Source of the DNA: Conidiobolus incongruus B7586
Lineage: Eukaryota
Direction of reading: 5' to 3'
Length of the DNA: 45,050 nt
Assembly (NCBI GenBank): GCA_000697335.1
Contig: JNEM01008721.1
Location: 1 to 45,050, forward strand
Of the stretch, positions 1 to 12,415 are shown piece by piece (positions within the stretch are counted from its first letter, which is position 1; every line of letters starts with the position of its first letter). Position numbers and translations under genes: made by a program. The notes under the pieces were generated by a model. It saw only the letters and a list, made by a program, of their open reading frames with translations. It did no database searches and was not told where the DNA came from.

Positions 1-1113
1 AAAGTTATTAGCAATTTCTTAAAAAATTAGAATAGAAATTTAGTTTATTTATCTTTACTTTATATTGAGATAAATCGAAAATTAAAAATTGATATTAGAT
101 ATTAAATTATATCAATTTTATAATTAAGTTCAATAAAATTATAAAAATATATATCTTAATACTTTAATTTTAAATATAAAAAAATTTCTAAAATATTGAA
201 AATATTCTATTATTATATAAATTATATTATTATATATAATAAAATTTCAAAAATAAATTTTATTTTTGATATATTTACCAAAATAAAATAAAACTGGTAA
301 TATAAGCTATCCAATACTTTTTATATTCAAATTAATTAATAGCTAAAACTCAATGATATTATCGATTATATATTAATGATATATATTTAATATTAAGTTT
401 CAAAGACCTAGGCTATATTTGGTTATTATAGTTGAATTATAATTTAATGCAATTTATATAATAATTTATTATATTTGTTTTTTATTTAATAATTTGAATA
501 TATAACTTAATTTTAATTTCTTTAAAAATTTTATTAATTTATATTAATATATATTCTATTTAATATTTTATATTAAACTATTATAACTTTTTTATATATT
601 AAATTATTATTTATATAAGTTTTTAATTTCATTATATCTTATTTCTAATTAATATATATTATATAATATTAATATCATATTCCTCATAAATATTATTTAT
701 TAAAGAATTAAAAATTGTACTATCAATTTAACTTATCATTTTATATAATTTATATTTGGTTTTAATATTGATTTTAATAAAATATTTAAAATTACAATTT
801 AACTATATTAATTAATTTTTATCTTAATTTATAATTTTATTTTTATAGTGTTTATATTAAATAAAACTACTAATTAATTGAAAAATATTTTTAAAAATAG
901 TAAATATATAAAATAAATAAAATATAGTTAAATATTTTAATATATATATTAACAATTTAAATAATATAAATATCATAGTTATTTAATCTTATAATGATTA
1001 AATTATTATTGCAATATTGGTTGCTAGCAATCATAAAATAAATGAAGCAAGTTAGCTATTGTTAGTAAATGCAATATTAGATCAAAAGCTTTATTGAAAA
1101 GATGAAAAGATAT

Positions 1114-1328
1114 TGTTACGTTATCAGAGGTCCACCGACCTCCTTTGGTTATAAAATTAGTTCTATTATAGTCATATTGTTGGCTAAAGATAGTGTTCAA
1201 AGTTAAGATAGGTCTTCTAAAGAATGAGACATTTAAAGTAGAGCGACGTGCCTTCTAGGGTGATATCCCCGTTAGAAAATAGATGATGAGACAAAGATGC
1301 TTGGGGAGTTACCATTTAGGATATCACA
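1114..1328. mobile_element. Possible solo-LTR-like relic
   Basis: GC-richer island bounded by TGTTA...ATATCACA and preceded by a purine run (gaaaagatgaaaaga). No target-site duplication seen. Confidence 0.3.
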
Positions 1329-1864
1329 AATAATATATTGAAATTTATTAAAAAATTTTTTCAACTGATAGCGATTAAATTAAAATTTAAAATTAAATAA
1401 ATACATTTAAATATTAATTTACAAAATAATTTTATATAAATTATAATAATAAAAAAATGTTAATATTGATTATAAAAAATGATTATTTTAATTGATATCA
1501 TTGGAGGAATTAATAATTCATAAATTAGGATTGAAAAAAAATACTTACTAGAACTATACTACTGTATTAATGATTTTAATATCAGTTTAAATAAAATGAA
1601 AATATTATTATAATTTGAATAAATTTGTTGATCATTTATTATTAAATCATATATTGTCAATTTAAGCTTTGATCAGTATAACTATATTAACATAAAATAT
1701 TGAATTAAATAATTCCATAAAGAATAATATTATCTTATTTTAACTAATTTTTAATATTGGAAATTATTTTAAATTATGTATATTTTACAGAATAAATCAA
1801 ATAAATATATTGATCTGAATACTCAGCTAAATTAAAATCTATTTTAATAAGTCTAATGATCTAA

Positions 1865-2602
1865 TTATATAGGAAGGGGTAAAGCTTCTAAATTTTTAGG
1901 TTTTGTAATCGTTATAGATTTGATTGATTGAATAGAATTAACATCACCGTCCCATTCCCTAAAATTTATTAATTTTTATAATATATTAATTAATATTTTT
2001 TTAGGATTTACCTTAATATTTTAACATTTTTAGGATTTGTCAAATCTGGTAATTCTAAATTTATTTTATTAATAAAAATTATTATAATTATTTGAATTAA
2101 AAAAATTACCAAAGCCTTCAACTTCATATTCCTTCAACTCTTTAGCAGCTTGTAATTTGATCATGTCAGCTTGAAAACTTTTGGAATTGGTATTAACTTC
2201 ATCTTCGTTGCGTTCCAAATAAGTTTGAATTAAATCGTGAACTTCTTCAATAGTAGCACTGGCAACTGCTTCCTCCAAAGCGTGACGAAACCATAGAAAT
2301 CTTTCAGCTCCTAAAATATTATTAAAAATTTGTAGTTTGGAATTTGGAGTGAGTAGTACTCTTCATTTGGGGACCTGAAAATCTAGACATTTTCTTCTTT
2401 TCAACTTTAATATTACGCTCAATAGCTCTCTGAATTTGGGAAGCTTTTCTGGAGTAAGGATGGGCCTTCTCCTTTTTTTTAATATCTTTTAAATTGTGAC
2501 GTTTATTATTAGGCTAAAATTTATTTATTAATATTTATATCATATTATATATTGATTTATATATGTTTTTATAATTTTCAAATTTTGTTTATTAATTACC
2601 AT
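1865..2602 (-). CDS. TMA16: Translation machinery-associated protein 16 (Tma16), 5 exons
   Basis: Manual splicing gives M|PNNKRHNLKDIKKKEKAHPYSRKASQIQRAIER...AERFLWFRHALEE...LIQTYLERNEDE...EYEVEGF|ELPDLTNPKNVKILR|EWDGDVNSIQSIK..LPI*. HPYSRKA and GF-x-PDL..N...LR.W.G are Tma16 hallmarks. All introns are GT-AG. The first coding exon is ATG only (2600-2602). Confidence 0.88.
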
Positions 2603-2674
2603 TTTTATTTGATTATTTTAATTTAATTTTTTAAATTGTACAAATTTAAATATCTTTCATATTATTTTTACTAA

Positions 2675-2684
2675 TTATGGGATT
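2675..2684 (-). promoter_or_regulatory. AATCCCATAA motif upstream of TMA16
   Basis: ttatgggatt on + strand, ~73 nt upstream of ATG 2602. Confidence 0.65.
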
Positions 2685-4113
2685 TTGATATTTAAAATTT
2701 TAAATTCAATATTTTGGAATAATTTAAATCTTCAAAAATTTCAATAATCATATAAAAATATTTACAAATGATAATTATAAAAATAATTATATCCTTCTGT
2801 TTATAGATTTTGAAATATTTATTTATTTGAATATATCAACATTTAGTAATTATATATATTTTACACTAATTTGAATTCTTGAAGGTTTGAAATTAAATTG
2901 AATTAATATATATACAAATTGTTTCTAAAGGATACTGCTAATCAACCAAGATATGCATTGCTAACACATTTTAATAGTGCTAAATAATTTTGTCAGATTA
3001 TAGTCAATGATAATAAGTTTATTTATATGATATTATTTCTTTTGTACCTATTATTTTTGACTCCTAAAATAAATCATTTTAAAAAATTCAAATTATTTTT
3101 ACTGATTCAATATTCATGATAAAATAAATATAATTGCTAATAATTATAATTTTAACTAATTGAATCATTTTAGTATAGAAATTTTATAAGAATTTTGAGT
3201 ATAATTTATACAGATAGTTGAATTATTATAAAGCCCTAAATCAAGTTATTTTTAAATTCAATATATAGTATATTCGATATTGTGAAATTTAAAGCTATCC
3301 AGATTAATATTTAATTACAGCAAATATTAATCAATATCATTCACATTTTAAAAACCTTGTGATTTGATTATTTTCTATTCATATAATTTTGAATTGAATC
3401 TGTCATTAATTAAAAAAATTATAATTCAATATATCCAATAAAATTGCATATTGTAAAAAACCTTTGAAAATGCTAGATCATATATATTTGAAATTATTAC
3501 AACGTTATATATATTTTAATTTATTTACCATTTACATAATGTTTGTATAAAATTTTTTTTCAAATTTATTAATATGTATTAAATGATATACAAAGATAGG
3601 TATAGTTTTAAATCAATTCACACTTTTTAATAATTTAAACAAAATCAAAATATTTTCTTATTAGTCAATAAATTTATCTTTTGATTTTATTAAACTAATT
3701 TAAAAATACTTTTAATTAACATCAATTACAACAAATATAAATGTTATATAATTCTGCTTACAAATTATATGAAATATTAATAAAATGTATAATATCTGAG
3801 TAAATAATAATAATAATAATATAAAATTCAAAATATATATTTCATCATATTAATAAAATTGTTATAATTTTATTTTAAATAGTTTTAAATTTGATTATCA
3901 AAATTTCAATATAATCTGCCATATTAGAAAATTTGGTAAAAATCTAATCGTTTTGGTATTGAATACCTTTAGATGGACAGTTACCTCCACTGTCAGCATC
4001 TACAAAAACATAATTATTAGCCACATTAAATGTGAAATTCAATATTACTCCTTGAAGAGATTTACTCTTATATTTCAAAACGACAGAATATTGTAATCTA
4101 TTTTCGAAAGCAT

Positions 4114-4723
4114 TGTTAATCTAGTCTCTGAAGTGAGTACGTACTAGAGTAATACCACCTTTAGCGAGGATTTTATAGAGGTCTTAAAGATTGCGGAGTG
4201 TCAAAACTAGTTTGAAATAATCTCGAACTCCTTGACCGGTGCGATAAATAAAGTAGCATCTGAGTTCAATAATGCTAAGACAAGCACCATGCTTGTTCCA
4301 TTAGTGGATTCAGAATGAGAAGTTATCACTTTGTAGGATGCGTAATAGGTGTTCATTTTGGATTCTATATTGCGATCAGCTGCTACAAGTTAGTGAATGC
4401 TATTGTAACAGCAATCACCGTCACGCCCATTAGGCTATAATCTGTGAACCGTCCATGTATTATCGGTTCCTAAATCTGTGAGCTGTTGGGGTACTTAGTC
4501 AACTAATCCGAGCTTAGAGCTGCATCAAGTGTCAACAGATTGGGCACAGGATTGAGCATTGGAGCGTTGGAGCATGGGCGGAAAGCTGTCTTCAAAGGGT
4601 TAGCTTAGGCGACAGCAAGTGGCGAGAGTAAGCTTCAGTGAAGTAATTAATTGTAATGCCAATTATGATGTTAGCATGATTAACTCAATAGCTGCAATAT
4701 ATATCGATTCTAGTTAATATCAC
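4114..4723. mobile_element. Possible solo-LTR-like relic / structured non-coding island
   Basis: GC-richer ORF-less island with the same termini TGTTA...ATATCACA, several hairpins and short tandem (TT)GGAGC units. No TSD seen. Confidence 0.35.
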
Positions 4724-5939
4724 AATAAGCAAAATTGAATTATCATCAGTGAATGTAATAGAATTAGAGCATAATGATTCATTGAAGTCATTTTATTTGC
4801 TTAGATAGAATTAACAAATATAGAGTCAGTTGATAAATTATCGCCTTTTGAAGCTTTAATTATTGTTAAAATATATTTAAAATTTACATAATAAATGTTA
4901 ATAGTATATTTTAGTATTTAACAAGAACCAAGAAATATCTCAATAGGTTATCAACTGTCAAACCAAATTTAACCAAATCCTAGTTTTGAATAATATAAAT
5001 CGAATGTTTACAACTGAATCTGTTTTTAATATTGAATGAAATACTTTTGTTATCTCTCAAATTTTAACATATCGAAAATTTTTTTTAAGGATTTTAAGCT
5101 TTAAAACAACCATTCTATGATTAGAATATAAAACAATAGTAGCCTTTTTAATGTTAAGTATTCGATAAAATATTTGATTTTAAGAATTATTTATAAGTAT
5201 ATTATAAGGGTGATTCTAAATTAGGTTATATCTTTTTTCGATTGGAGCAAATTATTATATCAAGTCAATATATTTAAGTTACTTTAGTTTTAATGCATAT
5301 TATATAAATATACAATCTATCACATTGATTTGTATAATTAAATATATATATATATAATATTTTTTAAATGCAAATTAAAATTGATTTTCTCACCCTCAGT
5401 TTTGACAAAAATAATATAATCAAACTAAAACATTTGTTAATAAAATGAGACACTTTAGAGTCACTCATCTTCTACAACATCAAACTTTTTTCAAATCTAG
5501 TTTGTTTCAAAAATACCAAGTTAATCACATTTTATTAATTTCAAGTAAATATATCAAGTCATCAAATAGCACTAAATTCTAATTTCATATTATCATTATT
5601 AATGTTTTATTTATTGTTACAGTTTGTTAAATAATAAGATTTAAAAAATTAATATAAAATCATATTAAAAATTGAAATTAATTAATTCCTTTATATTTGA
5701 TTGGTCATGAAAAATTAAAAATATTGCAATTATAAAGATTAATTAATGGTAATTCAAATATTTTTTTAAATGAAAATTAATTATTTATATCCTAGTTAAG
5801 TGAAATTGACAACTTAAACAGATAATTACTACAATTATAAAATACAATGATAATCAAATTTTAAAAATTTGACATTTTTAACAAAATATTTTATAAATAA
5901 ATAATCACTTTATTCAAAACTGGCTCTATAAACCAAAAC

Positions 5940-6937
5940 CTAATTCATCTGCTTAATCAATTCCCAACTCTTATCTAGTTGAATTTTCAATAGATCCAAA
6001 TCTTTAGCATCTTCCATCTTGATACAGTGATCCAGAGTAAAGGGGCCTTGTCGAGTTCTGATTAAATTCGTCATGGTCGCTCCACACCCAAGTTTTTGCC
6101 CCAGGTCATGGATGATACTGCGGACGTAGGTGCCTTTACTCACTTCCATTTGGAGTTTGAAGATTGGTAAGAGATTGCCGTCAGCGTCAAATTCCAGTTG
6201 GTTGCATGTGAGTTGATGCACGTGAACTCGGGCTGGCGGAATGGTGATATGAATGTCTGGTTGTTTGCGTGCTAAGTCGTATAGGCGTTTACCATTGATT
6301 TGTTTTGCAGAGAATCTAAATAGTCATTGTGAATTTAAGTGTAAGTTATATGATTATTAAATGATTACTTGGGAGGTATTTGCAAAATGCTACCTCGAAA
6401 CTGGTCCAAAGTGTCCTCAAACAATTTTTGATTAATATGATCATAAGGTAATTCCTTTTTAACAGTACCCTGAATATCGTATGAATCGGTTTCAATTCCT
6501 AATTTACCAGTAGCCAAATATTCCTAAATTTTGGAATTATTCAATTTTGAAAAAAAGATATTTATAATATAATATAAATACTTTTGTACAGTTCAAAAAT
6601 TTGTTCAAAATTTTGGTACCTTCTCCAACTCCCAATACTATTGATAACATATTATTTAATCAATGATTAATTAAAATCATTATAATATATTACCTAAGCA
6701 TCCTTCCGCCAACGGATCCAAAGTACCTCCATGACCGACCTTCCTAGCCAGATCTCCAACTTTACTAGGAGATGGAAGGAATCCAGTAGGTACTTTGACA
6801 GTATCCAAATTTAAATCATAGTAATAGCAGTTCAATACTTTTTGGAGGTATCTAACTACGTTGGTGCTGCCAACACCTTGAGGTTTATAAAAACATACTA
6901 ATCCGCTGAACCTGGGTTTTGTTATTGCTGATACCAT
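5940..6937 (-). CDS. PUS4: tRNA pseudouridine-55 synthase, TruB/Pus4 family (3 introns)
   Basis: Motifs [16 protein letters not shown] (catalytic Asp), [56 protein letters not shown]. Confidence 0.93.
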
Positions 6938-7048
6938 TGGTTTTATTGATTAGATTAAATATAAGTGATATTTTTTATTAAATTATGTATTATATTATAT
7001 TTGGCAATTGGAAAGGGTAAATAAATAAACAATCTCAAAAATATACAT

Positions 7049-7058
7049 TTATGGGATT
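7049..7058 (-). promoter_or_regulatory. AATCCCATAA motif upstream of PUS4
   Basis: ttatgggatt on + strand, ~112 nt upstream of ATG 6937. Confidence 0.65.
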
Positions 7059-7278
7059 TTATCATCTTCAATTGAGTTTGGTTTAAATTTGTTAATTGAT
7101 TGAGAGCTTTATGCAAGAAAATAATTAACACTTAAAAATATAAAATACTATTTAATAAGTGTCAATTATTGTAATAAAAAATGTTTCAAATTCTTGAATC
7201 AAATTAATGATAAAATACTCAAAAATAAAGAGTCAGTGCTGTATGGTTGGTTTTATATAATCATATTAGCTAAATAAT

Positions 7279-8429
7279 TTAGTGTTTCTTAAGATAACCT
7301 TTAGCGATAGCGATTTCAGCATTTAATATACTACTACCAGCAGCTCCCAAGATAGTATTGTGAACCAGAAGAGTAAACTTGACGTCAAAGATGGGACATT
7401 CTCTAATTCTACCAACTGTGACGGAGTTACCATTGCCGTTCATACGATCCAATCGGGGCTGGGGACGATCTTCGTCGGTGGTGACGACGATGGCTTTTTC
7501 GGGAGCTGAAAAGCATTGAAGTTGTTGGCATTCGGTTTGGTACTTGTCCAAAGCCTCGATGATCTGTTGAGGTGTGGGAGGATTGGGATTAGCGAATTTG
7601 ATGGATACGGCTTCAGTGTGACCATCGACAACAGGAACACGATTGACACTGGCTGAAACGGTCATGTGACTGAGATGCTGGAACTGCTGGCCGTTGGGAT
7701 GGATTTTGCCCAAGATTTTCAATGGTTCCAACTCGATCTTGTCTTCTTCATCTCCAATAAATGGTACGACGTTGTCCAAGAGATCTAAGGCAGAACATCC
7801 TGGATATCCAGCACCGGAGATGGCTTGAAGAGTAGTAACAATAACTTGGGAAATGGGACCAAAAGCATTTTCTAAAGCGCGGAGGACAACTGCCAAGCCG
7901 GTGACTGAGCAGTTGGCATTGGTGACTAAGAAACCCTTGTTCAAGCTGCGGATTTGTTTTTGAAGGGGAATGAAATCTAAATGTTCAGGATTGGCTGTAG
8001 GGACGACCAAAGGAACTTGAGAATCTTGACGATAATTCTTAGCATTCGAGAATACGACTAAATCAGCTTCGACAAATGCCTTTTCTAAATGTATTAATTT
8101 AATATTATTGATAAATAAAACTTAGGATAATATTAAATACCAATTTGGCCAGCTACACTTGAGTCCAAACCTGAAAAAACGACGTCACATTCCTTGAAAG
8201 CTTCAGGGACGCATTCTTCAACAACCAAATTTTTTACATTTTCAGGAATAGGTACAGTCATCTTCCATCTCACACTCTGGTAATAGGGCTTACCGCTGCT
8301 ACGTGAAGAAGCACCTAACTTATGAACCACAAATTGGGGATGATTCTCCAACAGGGAGATAAAACGTTGACCAACAGTGCCGGTGGCACCCAAGATACCA
8401 ACTTTAAATTTTTCAGAATTTTGACTCAT
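7279..8429 (-). CDS. HOM2: Aspartate-semialdehyde dehydrogenase (1 intron ~8085-8140)
   Basis: [13 protein letters not shown]ossmann motif, NANCS catalytic Cys, [27 protein letters not shown]. The two ORFs are joined in frame by a 56-nt GT-AG intron. Confidence 0.96.
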
Positions 8430-8538
8430 ATTATTTTATAATTAGTATTATTATTTATGTTTTTAAAGTTTAAAAGATATTAAAGCGTTGATCTGATATT
8501 CATGACTTATATTAAGAGTGGAACGTTCTCAGACTTTG

Positions 8539-8548
8539 TTATGGGATT
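8539..8548 (-). promoter_or_regulatory. AATCCCATAA motif upstream of HOM2
   Basis: ttatgggatt on + strand, ~110 nt upstream of ATG 8429. Confidence 0.65.
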
Positions 8549-8570
8549 TTATTTTAGTTAGTGAAACATC

Positions 8571-8579
8571 ATGACTCAT
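8571..8579. promoter_or_regulatory. Gcn4/CpcA-type site ATGACTCAT upstream of HOM2
   Basis: Perfect 9-bp consensus ~142 nt upstream of ATG, with a near-match ATGACTTAT at 8502-8510. Confidence 0.6.
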
Positions 8580-9102
8580 TAATTTGATCCTTTTGGAAAA
8601 AGGTTTCCATTTTACTTAAAATAGAACGTTTACAAGTGTATGGATTATGTTAATTTGATAGATTTTATATCTATTAAAACTTAATAATAATAATTATAAT
8701 AGATATAATCCTGGATGTAATAACTTGAATAAATTCTAATCTTTAGATATTTTATATTTATGATTATGAATATATTTCTAATAACGAATATTTTGTGAAA
8801 ACAATGGATTAATTTCCTAAAAAATAAAAAACTTATTAAGAAAAAATATACTTTAAACTTATATTAAATTTGATAAAATGAAATTTTAAAATTTAAAAAA
8901 TTCCATTATTACAGACAACCCTCAACAACTAGAATTTGAGATTTTCTGTATATTTAAATTAATTAATTTCTTTTAAATTGAGTTCTTTGATATGAAATTA
9001 AAAAATTTATTCAATTGTAATAATTAATCCTACTAAATTAAATAATTTAATGAATTAAATTAAACTTTTTGAATTTGATTAATATTACCATAGAATTAAA
9101 GA

Positions 9103-10376
9103 AATGGGAAATTTTATAATTTCTGATTTTTAAACATATTATTAGTTTCAAATAAAAAAATATATACAAAAAAATAAGAAAATAAATAGTATTGAATTAT
9201 ATATATATATATAATAACTTTTTTAAATAAAAAATAATTTTTAAAATTAGTTGTTTAATTTGATTATATTTAAATTAAATAATAACCATCAAAAGTTTTT
9301 TATTTTAGTATTAATAAAACTTAACCACAAACTCTTTAAAATCATTTAAAATTTATAAGCAACTTTTAATAATGAAGTATTATTTAAATTAACAATTTAT
9401 CACTAAGTAAATTACTTTAAAGTTAAAAGAAAAACTATTTAAATTTTATTAAAATTTAAAAAATTAATTTTAACTATTATTTTTTTAATTGTTAATAAAG
9501 TGAAAAAATATAATAAAAAGTATTTTTTTATTTTAGTTAAAGAATTATCTAAGTACTTTAATATTAGATTTATAAGTATTTTATATATATTCAAGTTTAA
9601 ACTTAAATTAATAAATAAAAATATAAAATAATTAACTTATAATTTAACTAAAACTTAAAAAAAAGTTAAAGTAGCTATTATTAAATAAAACTTATTAAAG
9701 TATAATTAAAAACTAAAGTTTTTATAGTAAATTATTATAATTAATAAATCTTAAATTTTTTTATATAATTTTTTGTTAAAATATAAATTAAAGTGTTAAA
9801 TTAAGTTAAATCAACCCTTTTTATAAATTCCTTTAAATAAACACTTTATTAATAAGCGAATATTAATTAATATAATAAATTATAATAACATATGCTATTT
9901 TTATTTAATTTATAAAAGAAAATTAATTAATAATAAATTTTATATTTCTTTTTAAATAAATTTATTTTTAATAAGTATTTTTAATATAATTTAAGAAAAC
10001 TAATTATTTTACATGATAATTATAAAATATATAAATTTAAAGTTGTAAAAAACTTTCTAATTAAAAATAACTAGAAAATATTACTATATCTAATATATTC
10101 TTTAGATTATAACTTATGTAATTATAATTGTTTTAGGTAATTAAAAAATTAAATTATAAAAAAGAAAATTTTTACAGGAAATTTTAATTAGTTTATAAAA
10201 CATCAAATTTTAGTCTTTAATAAAAAGAATTATTTTTTAAGTGTTAGATTTTTGCTAAAAGCATAACAAAAAGATATTAGAAATAAAGGAAATTAATAAT
10301 TTTATAATATATATTTATTTTTACTTTTTATATATTAAAATCTTTATTTTTTTTTCAGTCACAAAAAATTCCCATT
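9103..10376. mobile_element. Possible heavily decayed TIR element
   Basis: Imperfect inverted ends aatgggaaattttataatttctga / tcagtcacaaaaaattcccatt around ~1.2 kb almost devoid of C/G. Confidence 0.25.
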
Positions 10377-10966
10377 ATTTAAATTACAAAGTATTAATTA
10401 ATATACACTTTTCATATTTATTAGATAAATACATTTAGAGCTACCAAAGATTTTTTGCATTTGAACTTTTAATCTATTTTAATTTTGTTAATTTGTAGTT
10501 TATGAATTCTGAACAAGGTAGGTGTAATCAATCCCAAAGATATTGATTGAAAAAAAGGATTAAACTCAAATATATCATCTTATATTTAAGTTTATATTTT
10601 ATAAACAATATCACTATTGTTCATTTAATTTCTACTTATATTTTTATTGGTAATATTACAAGATAGCCAGATTAGTTGATTATCATAATGTTTGATTATT
10701 AATAGGTTTTGATCATTTGAGAAAAATAATGAAACTATAATTAAAATTCATTAATATCGAACAATTATCAGTTGTAAGATTTTACACAAAAATGTAACGT
10801 TATATTCAATATTTTCCCATTAAGTATTTTAAATATTCAAAACTAGGTCTTAATCATTTCTAATTTAGCAAAATTTTGATTGTTGTTCAAGTCAGAGTTT
10901 GCAGATTTAATTTTTCCAACTGGTTCTTAATATTGGTCAAAAGTCACAAATAATACATTAATCATA

Positions 10967-10976
10967 TAACCCATAA
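10967..10976 (+). promoter_or_regulatory. Variant motif TAACCCATAA upstream of thiD
   Basis: CCCATAA core in sense orientation ~93 nt upstream of ATG 11069. Confidence 0.45.
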
Positions 10977-11068
10977 CTACAAATTAATATAAATTAACTA
11001 TTTTAATTTAATTAAAAAGACAATAAAAAGAATTCTAATTTAAATTTTCTATAAAAATTAAATTAAAT

Positions 11069-11923
11069 ATGTTGAATAATCAAAAAATTGGTAAAGCTAT
11101 GACAATTGCTGGGTCGGATTGTGGAGGAGGAGCCGGGGTTCAAGCAGATTTAAAGACGTTCACAAGTTTGAAAGTTTATGGAACTTCGGTGATTACCGCA
11201 CTGACTGCCCAAAATACTTTAGGAGTTCAGACGATTTTTCCAGTGTCTACGGAGTTCATCAACAGCCAGTTCGATTCCATTATGACTGATATTGGGACCG
11301 ATACAGCTAAGACTGGAATGTTGAGTAGTATTGAAGTGATCAACCATGTGGTTGAAAAAGTCAAACAGTATAAGATCACCAAATTAGTGGTGGATCCCGT
11401 TATGGTAGCTACGACGGGGTCCAAACTCCTGAATGACGATGCTATCAACACTCTGATCGATAAAATTCTTCCATTAGCTTATGTGCTCACACCGAATTTA
11501 CCCGAAGCTCAAATCTTATCAGGAATGAGTATTGAAAGTTTGGAAGATGTGAAAATTGCGGCTAAAAAATTGTATAAAATTACTAATAACTATGTATTGA
11601 TTAAGAGTGGTCACGCTCCCTACGACGACAATGAGCAGCGTATCCATGGTGATATTTACACTCAGGGCAAGTGGACCATTGACGTGGGTTATAATGGCGA
11701 AAAATTCGATTTTTTTAAGAATCCTTTTATTCCTTCCATTCATACTCATGGTTCAGGTTGTACACTATCTGCTGCAATTGCTGCTTTCTTAGCGCGTGGA
11801 GATGATGTCAGTACAGCGGTTGGTAAAGCGATCAAATATGTAAATAGTGCTATTAAACTTGGCTTCTCCGTAGGTAATGGGAATGGTCCTTTGAATCATT
11901 TCCATGATGAAATTGAATTTTAA
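11069..11923 (+). CDS. thiD: Hydroxymethylpyrimidine/phosphomethylpyrimidine kinase (ThiD), stand-alone, intronless
   Basis: TIAGSDCGGGAGVQADLKT, TAQNT.GV, KTGML, VDPVM, TPNLPEA, THGSGCTLSAAIA, G.GNGPLNHF. Confidence 0.94.
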   Translation: MLNNQKIGKAMTIAGSDCGGGAGVQADLKTFTSLKVYGTSVITALTAQNTLGVQTIFPVSTEFINSQFDSIMTDIGTDTAKTGMLSSIEVINHVVEKVKQYKITKLVVDPVMVATTGSKLLNDDAINTLIDKILPLAYVLTPNLPEAQILSGMSIESLEDVKIAAKKLYKITNNYVLIKSGHAPYDDNEQRIHGDIYTQGKWTIDVGYNGEKFDFFKNPFIPSIHTHGSGCTLSAAIAAFLARGDDVSTAVGKAIKYVNSAIKLGFSVGNGNGPLNHFHDEIEF

Positions 11924-12312
11924 TTTATTAATCATAAAGTTATCATATCATTTATGTATTTATCTTATCTATATTTACATAATAAATATACTATAATCAA
12001 TTCTTAACTGATATATTGGTTCACAAATTTACTAATATTTTTATTATTAAATGATATTTCAAACTAACTATACAACAAATTAGATATATCTTAATCATAT
12101 ATAAACTATTCTCATTATTTTGAGTAGACTATTTAATTTTAATAAATATATATATAGAAAAAGTAACTAACCATTTAATGAATTCATTAAAATTAATAGA
12201 ATCAATTTATTTAGTCACCATAATTAATTTCATTTACATAAACACTTCAAGATGATGGGATTAGTTAATCAAATTCTACTACCTTAAATTGGATTAATAA
12301 TCATATCTAAAC

Positions 12313-12322
12313 AATCCCATAA
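12313..12322 (+). promoter_or_regulatory. AATCCCATAA motif upstream of ZGRF1-like gene
   Basis: Exact match ~94 nt upstream of ATG 12416. Confidence 0.65.
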
Positions 12323-12415
12323 ATTACCAATCTTAAACACACGATTATAACAACAATTTCCCTCTTAAAACTAGCCATTAATTCATTCCAAATTTTATAT
12401 TGAAACAATAGAATA

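Noticed and set aside
4585..4616. CTAACCCT (minus strand) as a telomerase RNA template
   Set aside because: Only 8 nt and enclosed in a small hairpin loop. No pseudoknot or CR4/5-like element was recognisable, so chance is likely.
8422..8429. TGACTCAT overlapping the HOM2 start codon
   Set aside because: Explained by the coding sequence ATG-AGT-CA (Met-Ser-Gln)
10356..10363. CAGTCACA (S. pombe Homol D box)
   Set aside because: About 700 nt from the nearest ATG, single copy, and inside a putative repeat end
10400..11068. TPP riboswitch upstream of thiD
   Set aside because: No CUGAGA / CCUGAU...UAAU...CGNAGG conserved elements or host intron found
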